Shown one piece after another: positions 24,705 to 39,419 of a DNA stretch of 64,000 bases. The translations under genes were made by a program, and so were the position numbers. The stretch spans positions 59,272,001 through 59,336,000 of the forward strand of contig OX597817.1 in assembly GCA_951406725.2 (NCBI GenBank), read 5' to 3'. Each line of letters begins with the position of its first letter. Positions within the stretch are counted from its first letter, which is position 1. Origin of the DNA: Octopus vulgaris (lineage: Eukaryota). The notes below the pieces were generated by a model, which worked only from the letters and a program-made list of their open reading frames with translations, was not told the DNA's origin and did no database searches.

Positions 24705-25161
24705 AATAATCTGTATTTTTGTTATTTTTTATTTGCCCTGTCCGTGTGAGCTAACAATCGTACTGACTTTCATGGTAAGCATGTATTTTCGTGGTTGAAA
24801 CCTTTTGGATTAACTGGTGCTAGAGTGAGCAATATAGTGACCACTCTCTTATATTTATTTTGTAAAAATATTATAATATGTTATAAAATATTATAATAAT
24901 CCAGGTTTCTCGAAGCACTAGGCCACTTGGTGTTGAATAAATATACTATTAAATTAGTATCTAATTCTCTCACCCTTATTAATTAATTATAATTATGCTG
25001 CATTTATTTCTAAATGCTGTATTTGTTTTCCGTGAAAGTTTGGCGCGCTGTTGGTTGGGGCATTTGAATTATAACGTCGGATGTAATCAATTGAACCACA
25101 CGCGTATTTATCGTTATGGTAAAATCTGGCGTGTGATTGAGTGGATTTCATCCAGATAGTC

Positions 25162-25240
25162 TTGGCTGACGAGCTACAAATGGATTTTTTTTGTAAGTAA
25201 AATTACATTTAATTCATTAATAGCGAAACAATTGTCCCAA
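25162..25240 (+). ncRNA. Type I hammerhead, inverted unit 3
   Basis: Same motif, offset a further +535. Confidence 0.85.
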
Positions 25241-25523
25241 AATAATCTGTATTTTTGTTATTTTTTATTTGCCCTGTCCGTGTGAGCTAACAATCGTACT
25301 GACTTTCATGGTAAGCATGTATTTTCGTGGTTGAAACCTTTTGGATTAACTGGTGCTAGAGTGAGCAATATAGTGACCACTCTCTTATATTTATTTTGTA
25401 AAAATATTATAATATGTTATAAAATATTATAATAATCCAGGTTTCTCGGAGCACTAGGCCACTTGGTGCTGAATAAATATACTATTAAATTAGTATCTAA
25501 TTCTCTCACCCTTATTAATTAAT

Positions 25524-25558
<35 letters not shown>

Positions 25559-26120
25559 TTGATCCGGCGTTACTCGTGTTTTCCGTGTTGAAGTTAAGCC
25601 CATCTCTGACCTTGTATTGAAATCATCTACGTTCCCCGTGCCAACTATTACCCATTAAGATGTTATATCTGGTTCGGCAGGCTGTTGCAGGATGAGTAGA
25701 TATGTGATAGGAGGAGGGAAAATGGTCAGAGCAGGCGACAGAATTTTGTTGACCGAGCGGAGTTTTTGCAGCCGACGACGACGTGTTCAATGGTGCAGAG
25801 GACACAAATGTGAATAAGCATTTGCTTACAGACTATTCTATCGATTTTGTTAAAATTTTACACCTGAAAAAATGCAAAAGCTGCAGGGAAAATAACATCG
25901 TTATGAAAATTCCCATTCAAACGCCCAAATTGAGCTTACGAAAATCGATGTCAACTGAGCATTATCGAGTTTTCGAAAAATTCCGGCCTTATTTGAACTT
26001 CAGGGCATGTGATCTACCTATGCGCCAAAAATCACTACAATCGGTTGGACGGTGTGGGAGGAATTAGAGACAGACACCATTACACATTTAGGTATATAGA
26101 TATATGCATATATACATATA

Positions 26121-26285
26121 GGTGCAGGAATGGTTGTGTGGTAATTAGCTTGCTTCCCAACCACATGGTTCCGGGTTCAGTCTCATTGCGTGGCACTTTG
26201 GGCAAGTGTCTTCTATTATAGTCTCGGGTCGACCAAAGCCTTGTGAATGGATTTGATAGACAGAAACTGAAAGAAACCCGTCGTA
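26121..26285 (+). mobile_element. SINE family B, 5' half
   Basis: ggtgcaggaatggttgtgtggtaa...ccgggttcagtc. Confidence 0.85.
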
Positions 26286-26357
26286 TATATATATATGCAC
26301 ATGTAAATATGCGCACAAACACACACAAATACGTCTATATATGTTTATATATACATA

Positions 26358-26565
26358 AAGTTAATCCAAACAAGAAAACACAAAAAACACAGCAACGCGA
26401 GGACGTGGAACAAATATAGTATTATTTGACGCTCAGGAAAGAAGGAAAGAAGGAGGGCTTAACGTTTCGAGCGGAGCTCTTCGTCGGAAACATAGGAGAA
26501 GGAAAGATCCAGAGAAGGGAAGACAGAGGAAAAAAAATCGCCAACGGTACACACGAGGTCACATT
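26358..26565 (-). mobile_element. Second copy of PLE-like family P1 with a minimal HHR at 26457-26491
   Basis: Near identical to 1077-1283; one stem I substitution. Confidence 0.7.
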
Positions 26566-26628
26566 TATGCATATTCAGAACGGTACATACACCACTCACA
26601 TACAAATATGCACACATACACACACGCA

Positions 26629-26666
<38 letters not shown>

Positions 26667-27001
26667 ATATGAGACTTATTGCGTATGATTAATGCCACAT
26701 TTTCGTGTGTGTGTGTGTTTGTGTACATGCGAACATTAAACAGATAGATACACACACACACACACATACATACGTACACACATACATAAATGCATACATA
26801 CCCCAAGTACACAAATATTTACATATATACATAGATACACCTGCTTATAGTCACTCTTTCTCACTCTCTCTCTCTCTCCCCTCTACACACACACACAAAC
26901 ACAAACACACACATATACACACACAAACACACACACGCACACACACACACACACACATATCACATCACATCACATCATACATATATCCACACTTAAATGA
27001 A

Positions 27002-27379
27002 GGCGCAATGACCCAGTGGTGAGGGCAGCGGACTCGCGTCGTAGGACGCGGTTTCGATTGCCAGACCGGGCGTTGTGAGTGTTTATTGAGCGAAAACACC
27101 TAAAGCTCCACGAGGCTCCGGCAGGAGTGGTGGCGAACCCTGCTGTACTCTTTCACCACAACTTTCTTCTCTCACTCTTTCTTCCTGTTTCTACTGTACC
27201 TGTATTTCAAAGGGGCCAGCTTTATTACACTCTGTGTCACGCTGAATCTCCCCGAGAACTACGTTAAGGGTACACGTGTCTGTGGAGTGCTCAGCCACTT
27301 GCACGTTCATTTCACGAGCAGGCTGTTCCGTTGATCGGATCAACTGGAACCCTCATCGTCGTAACCGACGGAGTGCCAC
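27002..27379 (+). mobile_element. tRNA-derived SINE (family C)
   Basis: A box tgacccagtgg, B box ggtttcgattgcc; 3' part similar to 57560-57670. Confidence 0.75.
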
Positions 27380-28006
27380 GATACACACTTAACCTCACAT
27401 ACATACCACATACGCAACCACATTTGCATATGTCCCAAGTCAGTTTTATATACCTGTCTGCACGCATATATACACACAAATATCTAAGCACACATACCAA
27501 CAAATAAATAAGAATATATTATTACTTGAAGCTATGAAGCTGTTCGTGTTGTTTATCAGGGTTAGAAGAGACTGACTAAAGACAGATTAGCTGCATTCTT
27601 TATAAGTTGGAAGTGTTATTAACAAACAATAGCGAAGCTAGGCGTGTCTTTCAACGACGACTTAAATAGTTCGTTACAACCATTGAAATATTTTACGAGT
27701 TTCGCTTATTATTTTCTGAGATGTGTAGCCTCGTGAAATCTAATTCATTTTCTTTACATTCATCTCGATGGCGTTCAATTTGCTTCAGGCTTTCAATGAG
27801 AAACAATGCAATGTCTTAGAGGGGAAATACTACAAATAGTAAAGGAGGAAAACGAGAATGAGTAATTGCTGTGGTAAAGGGTTTTCCCCCGAATTATTTA
27901 ACCCCAAAAAGAGCTGCTGCTGCTGTTGATGTTGTTGCTGTTGTTGTTGTTGTTGCTGCTGCTGCTGCTGCTGATGTCGTTGTTGTTGTTGTTGTTGATG
28001 TTGTTT

Positions 28007-28062
<56 letters not shown>

Positions 28063-28127
28063 AAGCAACAGGACGGGTAAGGGTGATTAGGTGATGGTCT
28101 AGGGCTTAGGGGCGGGAGACCCCAGAC

Positions 28128-28288
28128 CTTGGGAAAAAAATACTTTGGTCGTCTTGTTGTAGTCGAGGGCTCTTCGTTGACGCCCGATACCACTGGGAGG
28201 TAGCCCTCGAAGTCGCTGGAAATGGAGATCTCCAGGTCCAAATTCTTGGACGGCTGCTGCTGCTGCTGCTGCTGTTGCTGATGCTGGC
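28128..28288 (-). CDS. Candidate coding exon (phase 1/0): GQHQ9PSKNLDLEISISSDFEGYLPVVSGVNEEPSTTTRRPKYFFPK
   Basis: High GC3 codon usage in this frame; acceptor actgccag|; weak donor AAG|gtctgg. Confidence 0.4.
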
Positions 28289-28354
28289 CTGGCAGTATTG
28301 TGACACTGGTCATTTGATATTCATTCATATCTTCTTTTCCTTTTATCATTTTCT

Positions 28355-28745
28355 TGTTTTAGTCATTGGACAGCGGCCATGCAGGGGCGGCATCTTGAAG
28401 GGTTTCAGTCGAACAAATCGACTCCAGTACTAATGCAGTTTTTTGGCTTTTTTTTTTAAGCCTGGAATTTATTCTATCGGTCACTTTGGCCGAACCGCAA
28501 AGTTGCGGGGTACACAGACAAACCAACACTGGTGGTCAAGCGGTGGTAGGGGATACACACACACTCATATTATTTAATTACGACGGGCTTCTACACAGTT
28601 TCACTCAGAAATTCACCAAATTCACTCAGAAGTTATTGCTTGGCCCAGTACTATAGTAAAAAGATACTTTCCTTAGGTGCCACGCTGCAGAACCGAACCC
28701 GAAACCAGCTGGTTGCAAAGCAAATGTCTGAACCACACAGCTATT
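28355..28745 (-). mobile_element. SINE family B, older full-length copy
   Basis: Reverse complement of both head and tail motifs. Confidence 0.75.
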
Positions 28746-29458
28746 CTCTGGTTAAATGAAAAAAAAAATGATATAGTAATGCCGATATACGTTAGGCAGC
28801 CTTTTTGTAGCTTAAGACAGTTGTGAAACATGGCTGTATGAAGGGCAGCAAAGAAGAAACGAATCTCATTTACACTTTTACACTTTTCCGTGTCTCAGCA
28901 TAAAGGGCTGTGCCCGTGCTGGGGCACCGCCAGTATCATCACCTTTTCATTGGTCAGGAGGGAGTTTGATATCGCTGCCCTCGTTTGAGTTTCTTCCTGG
29001 ATCTTGATTCATCTGGAATCTTGGACAGCAGAAGGATGGTGTTTTTTGAAAACATCTACCCTGCATGTTGATCTCTCAGATATTTTGGTAAGATATTAAA
29101 CAGCCATGACTCTTTGAATCCCAAGCTCAATAGCACAATTTTCTGATATCAGTTGGAAAGATTGTCTAAATCAGGACTCGTCAAGTGGACCTTTGAGGTG
29201 TTTATTCTGATTTCTGGACCATTCAACAGTCGATAGCAATCGTTTGTGCCACGACTTGTTTAGTGAGCATTGCCAGTAACAAAAGATCAAAGGTAGCCAT
29301 TACAAAAAGAAGTTCCTGATCCCTAGTCAAGCAATGTCTGCAACACAATACATATGTAAACGAATATGACAAGTTTTGGCGCAGTCGTTTTGGCACCACC
29401 TATTTGGCGCCGCTGATTCAACTCTACATATTTCACATCAAACGTTTTAATGTTTCTC

Positions 29459-29499
<41 letters not shown>

Positions 29500-30147
29500 C
29501 TATCTACCTATCAATCTATCTATTAATCTCTCTTTCACTCTCTGTCTTTCTCTCTCTCCTCTCTCTCTCTCCCTCTCTCTCCCTCGCTCCCTCTTGCTCA
29601 CTCTGTATATGTATATTTCTACGCGTGCGCGTTGCATACATACGAATGAGTGTGTTTGCCTCCAATTCCAAAAGGTGCTGTGGCCAAAACATGCTGAATA
29701 TCCAGTCAGCCGATCCAGTTCACCAGCGTCGAAATAGCCGCGCCCAATCGTCCCATTCCGTACGCAAATATTATCCCAGCTAGTTAGGGCATACTGCGAA
29801 CTTCCGCACTTAGCAGAGCTAAATTTAAGTCTCGTCACGTTATATGAAAGACGTTGAATTGGCAGTGTCGGGAACGAGTCAGGTAGATTGCATTGCAGTT
29901 TTGTTCCGGCTCTCGCCGTTTTGATTTCGGATCCAGTATAGACCAACTTTACTTTCAGCCTTGCAATTCTTTTGGGGTCGACTAATAAATTACCAATCCA
30001 GGTTGATGATGTGATGGAGTGGCTCCATTGTAGTACTGTATCAGATGTGTACTTTAGAAGAAGATAAAGAACAAGAAAATATGTATAACGGGGCTGCATG
30101 TGTTTGAGTGCACGAGTGTGAGGAGGAGGAGGGGGAGGAGGAGGAGG

Positions 30148-30440
30148 GCCATGGCCTAGTGGTTAGAATGTTGCGCTCACGATCACAAGAACGTGGTTTC
30201 AATTCTTGGACAGGCTGGCGTGTTGTGTTCTTGAGCAAAACACTTCCTCTCACGTTGCACTTCGATCCCTTCGATTCTTGACGTGTGGTATACCCTGTGC
30301 CCCTGTTCAAGCGACATCGATTCAATAAAGGGAATAAGCTACTGAGCAGTCTAAACATTTGATCACTATAAAACAAATCCTTTGTGCAGCTTGTTCAGCG
30401 AGAAATTGCGGAATAGTCTTTCTTGGACTACGAGAGACTA
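30148..30440 (+). mobile_element. tRNA-derived SINE (family D)
   Basis: atggcctagtggttag...ggtttcaattc; homologous to 43438-43722, ending tacgagagacta. Confidence 0.75.
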
Positions 30441-30530
30441 TGAGACACAGCCATCATTATCATCATCATCACCAACAGCATCATTACCACCATCATCATC
30501 ATCGTCATCATATATATTATACTAATATAC

Positions 30531-30765
30531 TAGAGTAAACACGTAAATGCAAAACAAGGTGGAAAAAATAGTACTCGAATACCGAAGGTAGAGTTATATG
30601 GGGGTTTTTTTCTTATTAAAACTGCAAAAACATCGCAAAAAACGTTTCTCAGAGTTTCACATTTTCCGTTTCTCGGACAGTTGTGATCAAGAGTCTTGAA
30701 TACAATTGACCGACGAACGGAAAAGTAAAACTCTGAGTTATAGTTTTTGCAGCTTTAATAAAAAG
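30531..30765. mobile_element. Older PLE-like remnant: inverted arms 30613-30690 / 30695-30762, each with a decayed type I HHR
   Basis: The arms give a consensus ctgt CCGACGA acg gaaaa cgt GAAAC tctga GT(A/T) a; neither copy is intact; abuts (TA)n. Confidence 0.55.
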
Positions 30766-30773
30766 TATATATC

Positions 30774-30912
<139 letters not shown>

Positions 30913-31039
30913 AATGTCAGTGTTTTCACATGAGTATCCATCTACATAGTACAAATGCTCTCCCGAGGCTCTGTATTTTGTGCGAAATGAGCAACAATGT
31001 TTATGCCTATAAAACTACGTGCCTATATAAATGCCATGA

Positions 31040-31070
<31 letters not shown>

Positions 31071-31414
31071 GTGTGCGTGTGTGTGTGTGTATGTGCGTGT
31101 GTGTGTGTGTGTCTCCCACAGCATACGTGTGTTATCTCCATTCATACCCGTTCTTATCTCCAATTGTTAAAATTCTTTCTCCTTATCAAACCTAAAGGTA
31201 TTTTAACCAACTCTCCACACACTACGAAGTCCAGAATGTTTTGACATTACTCCCCCTTCCCCCTCCTCGCTTTCTTTTCACTTCTCTCCTTCCGCTTCCC
31301 CCTCTCTCTATATCCCTCTCTCGCGCTCTCCACATATAAATACATACATACATTTATATGTATGTGTGTATGTGCGTGTGTGTATGTGCGTGTGTGCATG
31401 TATGCATGTATGTG

Positions 31415-31446
<32 letters not shown>

Positions 31447-31998
31447 CACACATACGTATATATATATATATATATACATACACACACACACACACGTATA
31501 TATGTATATATACGTGCACCACACACACACACATTCATCCCCTCGCTCTCTCTTTCTTTCTTTCTTTCTTTCAGTCAACCCACCCCACTATTGTGCTCTG
31601 CTTTATTGAAATTCCTGACTGTTGACACCGATGAGTTTTGTAAATCGAAATAACAGATGAAACCATCAGTAGATATCAAACTTAGCACACACACACACAG
31701 AATACACACACACGCACACACACACAAAGCACATTGGTAGAGTACCGGTCATAAACGACGGAGTTTCTCCCCCCCCCCCTCTCTATCTCTCTCCCTCCGC
31801 TTTCAATCATTTTTAATCTGATCAAGTCTTGCTCCATTTTCTTCGTATATTTTTTTTGTTTCCTTTCAGTTACATTTCTTCTTTTTATCTACACTTCGTC
31901 ATTCTCCCTTCGTTATCATTCACGAATTTCTGTCCCTTTCTCCTTCTTTCTGCCTCTGTCATTCTCTTTTTCTACACACACATACACATACACATTAC

Positions 31999-32094
31999 AG
32001 CACCGGTTCTCGTCCGATCACCGAACTTAAGCAACGTTGATCCTAGTGAGTACTTAGATGGGTGGACCGCTTGGGAAACCTAGGTGCTGTAAGC
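31999..32094 (+). pseudogene. 5'-truncated 5S rRNA pseudogene
   Basis: agcaccggttctcgtccgatcaccgaacttaagcaacgt...agtacttagatgggtg-gaccgcttgggaa-acctaggtgctgtaagc aligns to metazoan 5S rRNA from about nt 24 to the end. Confidence 0.9.
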
Positions 32095-32110
32095 GTCTCA
32101 CAATTGTTAT

Positions 32111-32450
32111 AGACTCAGCAGAGGTTGTGTGATAAGTAGCTTGCTTACAAACCACATGGTTCCGGGTTCAGTCCCACTGCGTGACACTTTGGGCAAGTGT
32201 CTTCTATTATAGCTGACCAAAGTGGATTTGGTAGACGGAAACTGAAAGAAGCCTGTCGTATGTGTGTGTGTGTGTGTATGTGTGTGTGTGTGTGTGCGTG
32301 TGTGTGTGTGTGTGTGTGCCTGTGTTTGTCCTCCCAACATCGCTTGACAACTGATGTTGGTATGTTTACGTCCCCGTCACATAGCGGTTCGGCAAAAGAG
32401 ACCAATAGGCGGTGCTCTATCATTGCCGCAGTCAAATGACTGAAACAAAC
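32111..32450 (+). mobile_element. SINE family B with internal (TG)n
   Basis: Shared head, body and tail. Confidence 0.85.
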
Positions 32451-32589
32451 AAAAAACCCGCCCTAGATTGTTGTAATTTTAGTCTATCATTATTATACAT
32501 CTAATAAGCTGACCGGCCAACTTTTGTCAATTTAGATTGAAGGAGGCGGCGGCTGTAACAGTTTTTTTAACCGACGCTCCTGAACTCTG

Positions 32590-33235
32590 CTTCTCACAGT
32601 CGGGACGGGAAGACAATGCTAAAAGAAACTTATGAAATACTCTAGGGTGTTTACAGATTAACTTATATGAGTCCGAGCATCATACAAGAGATTCACGGCC
32701 GGTTGAGAGGAAGTGAGACACGATGAGGTGAGGTACGTCAGAAAAGCAGGGTTTTCCAGAAAATTCGCAATTTTCTGGATGAAGAACATTGTGTGTCTTT
32801 AAAGACACACAGTTTGGAGTAGGTGTGGCGACTGTTCATCGAATTACTCATCTGAACGTGCACGAAATTGGTGTAGAGTTTGTTCGCAAGCTGCCCCAGT
32901 GGTAACCAACTACCTTGACAGAGATGGGTGTCGGAACTGCCCCTCGCCCTTCCTACAATCTAGGCCATGCTCCCTGTAATTTGGGTTGAGCCCTAAGCTG
33001 AAGAAGAACCTCAGGGGCAGTCGTTTTAAAGAGGAAGGAAGATGGAGCTAGGGTCCAGAGTACCTTCATTATGGAGGACTTCAATGGGACCTTCACGAAG
33101 TGGGTGGAATGCTCCAACCAGTGCATTGAAGTCAGAGGATCCGACTTTCAGAGACAAGAGTGTTGTACTTCTTTGGAATAAATAGTTTTTCTTGACCGAA
33201 AAAGCTTGAAAACTTCTGGAATGCACCTTGTGTAT
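32590..33235 (+). mobile_element. Decayed mariner transposon with right TIR
   Basis: PSYNLGHAPCNL resembles the YSPDLAPCD motif; terminal aaaacttctggaatgcaccttg-TA. Confidence 0.65.
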
Positions 33236-33520
33236 AGTAATTTTTCTGGGCATTCTAAAATGTTTGAAAACCTGTTTTGGTTCCACTTTCACGAGAATAG
33301 TTCTATCGGTTCAAGAGCCGAGAATTGCGAATGACAAAAATTCCGATCCTGACCAGATGTGAAGCTAACTCAGCAGGGCATACTTTCTTCTCTGCCGTAC
33401 GCTCACTCCTTGAGTTAAGTAGAACAAGTTAACAAAGTCACATGTCCTATTAAAATGCAGATCCTTTGGCGGAAAGAAGCCTGTTGATGAATTAATTAGT
33501 GAAATCTTAGCCGAGATGAT

Positions 33521-33556
<36 letters not shown>

Positions 33557-33942
33557 GAGAGAGAAAGACAAAGAGAGAGAGCGAGAGAGAAACAGACAGA
33601 CAGACAGGCAGACAGGCAGAGAGTAGGTCAGTGAGTACAATATGAAAGAACGCTTATGAGAGAGGAGATCGCATTTGCTCTGCACGAGCTGTGTGTGTTT
33701 TATCTATTAAGATATCAAATAGCAAAAGCTGTTTATTTGTCAATAAACCAAAGAATCAGCAGATAGTGGTGCTGGCATGGCAGTAGAGTTAAGAAGTTCG
33801 CATCGCGCCCACGTCGTTCCAAGTTCGAGCACACAGCGCGGAATCTTTGTCTAATGGTTTCTTTTACACACTTGAATTCTTGGTGTCATCAATGCCTTTT
33901 TCAGAGGAATTTAGAAGAAAACTGTGCCAAACCCATTATATA

Positions 33943-34006
<64 letters not shown>

Positions 34007-34041
34007 CGTGCGTGTATATTATATATATATTATATATATAT

Positions 34042-34796
<755 letters not shown>

Positions 34797-34867
34797 CATA
34801 CGTGCATACACACATATGTCTACTATACACCATTTTAAACTCGTGATTACCTGCATGTAGTTTGTAA

Positions 34868-34949
<82 letters not shown>

Positions 34950-36201
34950 CGAACATTTCCACTGCTGACCGAAATAGTACGACTGTCTGAGAGAAAATGA
35001 CTGAATGGTCATTCCATCAATCATGCGTCTGAAAAACAATACCAACAGCACCAACGTGATGGTGTTTCCTGGACACAATTTAAAACTAAACTTGAAAGAG
35101 ACTTCGCTGACATTGACTTTGTGACACACATTGTATACACAGCTGTCTCCAAATAGCTATTGATCTGTTAACAATTAATATCGATGAACTTGTGAAAAAC
35201 TTTTATTATCTTCACATAAACTCAGCTGGTGTAACATAGTCAAAAAATGTAGTGACTTTACTAAAGCTGTTACAATATGGTAATACAGACATTTTATCGA
35301 TGCGGTTGAAAAAATTCTTTGCACTTTTTTGTTGATTTGAAATTTCACTTTTGTTCCAAAGGACACAGCCCAGGATTGATACAATAGTTTTTTTAAAATA
35401 ATTTGGAAGAAATCTATTTAGGATTTGTACATGGACTGCATAACATTTTCAGTAAATCGTTTCTGGCCATGGAGAAGGGCGATCCAACGCAAAAGTTAAA
35501 TTAAGCGGTGTGGACTTGGCCACTGGAGTTCTTGGTCATTAGTTTTAGATGTCATTGATTGGGCGTTTGTTATTGTTTGCGACATGTGTTTGATACTGAG
35601 GAAGAAAACAGTGTATGTTCGTTATATGCCTAAGACACATTGAACAGCGTGTCTCGTGGAGCACAGCAGACCCCTGCTAATTGTTGGGGTCCTGTGTGTC
35701 ATGAAAAGGGTACAAAGCAATTTATAAAATTCTAGATGGTTTGAAACCTTAAATTTGTCCGACACCATGGAGAAAGGAAGAACAATATCGGTGCGAACTC
35801 TGTTCTGTCTTTTCATTGATAAAAATCATCGTCGTCGTCGTCGTCATCATCAACCGTGCACATTACTGTTTCAAGTCCCAGGACTCACAAGGCTGGTTAT
35901 TTGATTTCCATGGCGTTCTAAGTGGACTGAGATCCCAACATTTCCCCTGAACGGGAGGGAATCTGTTTGTTGCAAGGTTACTCGTTTACCGCCGAATGAA
36001 CTGGAACACCGTGAAATGAAGTGACTTAGCCCCAAAACACAACGCACCTCCCATCTGGGAATCGAAACCAGAAATGCAACATTCTAACCACAACACCGCT
36101 CGCCTTCGTTTTGCGCACGAAATATGTTCACTCATATTTTTTCCAGTCTAATATTTATAAATTTGAAAATCCCAACCCAAGGATATAATTTTAAGGAGAT
36201 A

Positions 36202-36433
36202 AGGCGGCGAGCTGGCAGAAACGTTAGCACGCCGGGCGGAATGCGTAGCCGTATTTCGTCTGGCATTACGTTCTGAGTTCAAATTCCGCCGATGTCGACT
36301 TTACCTTTCATCCTTTCGGGGTCGATAAATTAAGTGCCAGTTACGCACTGGAGTCGATGTAATCAACTTAATCCGTTTGTCTGTCCTTGTTTGTCCCCTC
36401 TGTGTTTAGCCCATTGTGGGTAGTAAAGAAATA
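36202..36433 (+). mobile_element. SINE family A monomer
   Basis: Head plus one body unit ending gtaaagaaata. Confidence 0.9.
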
Positions 36434-37445
36434 ATAATTTGAAGGAGATTTGGCTGTTTTTTCCAGCTTGTCGGGTGGACTATAAAGAGGCCCCTTCGTT
36501 GTCCCATCCTCGTTGCCGTTTATTCGTGATAGCCCCATTAACATACTTCTACCTATTTCACATTTCCTCCTCTAACAAAAAATCTGCGCTGCTGCATGAA
36601 TACATGGCATTATTTTCTGATGCCACCACATTATTTGAGTTTCGTTGTTTTTTTGCACACACCCTGTTCAACAACCCACAGTTTTTCATGGTTTACTAAT
36701 CAGCTTTAATTAAGTCTATCATGATTGAAAAGAGTGGGGCGGGGACTGGGAATGTTGGCTGTAGCTTCTTCAAAATACCTGTCTGTAAATTTCTGGATAA
36801 AATCCAGGTGAATGTAACAATAGTTTATGGATCAACTTTAGCAAGCAGTCTTTTACATTTTAGCGTTGAATAGTTGCCATTCTACACCTGAATGTGTTAC
36901 TCATACTACCGTTAACCTCACCTTCGTTTACCATTATCACCACCACCACCACCATCTCTCTCTCTCTCTCTCTCTCTCACTCTCTCCATCAATCACACCG
37001 TTTTCACGTGTCTAGAAGTCGTATTTTCAGCCAGCATTCCTGATTTCCTTCGCAAGACAGTCTTGAAAAGGACAGAACAGAGAACACAGCTGGCATCAAT
37101 GAGTAGAAATAGAACGTGTCTGCAATCAAATATCAAACACATACAGAAATGTGGCTGAGATGAGAGAGAAGTGATGGTGGGGAGGTGGGGAGGGATGTTG
37201 ACGAGTACCTGAAATATCATTACGTGGCTAAGAGATAACATTAGCTGCGGAGTGGGAAGGAATCTCAAATACATAATATGCTTGAGACAAAATAGCTAAA
37301 ATCTAAATCAGGTTGATGATGATGATGATGTACAGAATGACGCGAATGCAAAAAAAAAAAAAGAAACTCTTTATAAATTGAAATTTGGAATTCAGATGGA
37401 AAAAGTAAACAAAATATTTCTACTCAATACTTGAAAATTTTGTGG

Positions 37446-37803
37446 GGAAGGGGACTAGTCGATTATATCGACCCCAGTGCGTAACTGGTACTTATTTCAT
37501 CGACCCCGAAAAAAATGAAAGCCAAAGTCTACTTCGGCGGAATTTGAACTCAGAGTGCAACGGCAGACGAAATACCTATTTCTTTACTACCCACAATGGG
37601 CTAAACATAGAGGGGACAAACAAGGTCAGACAAACGGATTAAGTCGATTACATCGACCCCAGTGCGTAACTAGTACTTAATTTATCGACCCCGAAAGGAT
37701 GAAAGGCAAAGTTGTCCTCGGCGGAATTTGAACTCAGAACGTAACGGCAGACGAAATACTGCTAAGCATTTCGCCCGGCGTGCTAACGTTTCTGCCAGCT
37801 CGC
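37446..37803 (-). mobile_element. SINE family A dimer
   Basis: Head plus two body units with the same junction. Confidence 0.9.
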
Positions 37804-39419
37804 TCCCTTTTTAATCTTTTTAATATCAAAGCCCCTAAGATCACTTATGGTTGCGTGGTACCAACTTTCTGTTTAAACAGATCTAAATTAAGACTTTCCA
37901 TCGAAATGTCATGCTAATTTATGTTCCAAACACTAGTTTAAGAAATATTTTACTATATTTTCCATTAATTAATCGATGCAATTACAGAATATTTCCACAG
38001 AAATACATTTACAAAAAATTAAAAGTAATCTGGATTAATATCTTATGGCGAAGTTTCATGTTAATTTTAATTTTCCAAATATCATTATAATTCTTTTTTA
38101 GTTTCAAATAAATAAATGTAATGTATTTCAGATAAAATATGGTGACAAAAGAGCTAGGTATATTATTTCTAACTTAACTATTCTATTTTCGTGCATATGG
38201 TGGGTATGAGTTATATATTTTATGCCAACCAATGTACTTTCCTGTACATTTCTTTATTGATTTTCACATTGCTATTTAGCAATCACAGTTAGGTTTATAC
38301 TTCGCTGAACAAATGTAATAAAACCGAAATATGTCCCGAGTTGTCTCCCGTATTTACTTGACTAATCAAAGCGATATTCAATAATGACTAACATTCTTTG
38401 CTTTCCACCTCTTCACTGCATAATTATTTCCGCTTAGTTTTCTGATGTTTCCTGTAATACATATATTAACACTAACTTAACTTTAAGACGGACTTCTTGA
38501 TTTATGAGAGCGATAAGGGAAAACCAATTCGTTTGGCTTTGGTTTTGTTGTCTAAAACAGTATAAATAAAGTCAAGATAATTGTATTAAATGTACATTCA
38601 TTCTCCGTATATCACCAACAGGTGTTTGAGTACAGAAGATTACGCTGCTTATTTAGAGAAAAAATTTAAAATGTTGGTAGGGAATGAGCAAAATATTGAC
38701 GTAATATTTTAACGGACATTGACCGATCAAATCAATAAACATTTCACGGATCACGTGTGTGTGTATGTATGTCAGCTCGCCGTCGATAAAATAAGTACCA
38801 GTTGAGCACTGGGGTCGATAAAAAAGTCTTATCCCCTCCCCTGAAATTACTGTCTTTGTGCCAAAATTTGAAGCAATTATTCAAATCACGTTCAAGTTCG
38901 TGTGTATGCGGGTATGTGTGTGTATGCGTGCGTGCAGGTGTCCGTACACACGCGTATTGTGTTTAATTGATTTTCTTCCCCTTCTTTATTGGCGTTTCTG
39001 CTAAAGTCTTCTAAATAAATAAAATGTCCGTCGCATATTTGTATCAATTTATATCAATATTATATCTCCATATAAACCTTCCGCTTTTTAGTATATTTGC
39101 GTGGAATATTTTCCTTCAATCACATAAGCGTCGTCAGCAATGTAAATACTTACTTATTTGAAAAAAAAATGGGTATTCAATACAACCCCCACCCTTTTTT
39201 TTAATGAAACCTTGAGGACTGTCTCAAATTACTTTAATATATGTCTTCGTGAATTTCTATGAAGTGTTCCATAGTTTAAAGGAGATTCAGGCTTTGTTTG
39301 TATTTATTCAAACGACAGAAGAGGCGGGGAACTGGACGTGAAAAAGCAGGTGTGACTTCAGTCGTCGGAACTCGCTACTTTTCAAATTAAGCGACCATTT
39401 TTTTTTTCTCTATTTCTTT

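Noticed and set aside
29500-30099. 199-aa minus-strand ORF
   Set aside because: It spans a degenerate SINE and a (GA)n tract and has no recognisable domain.
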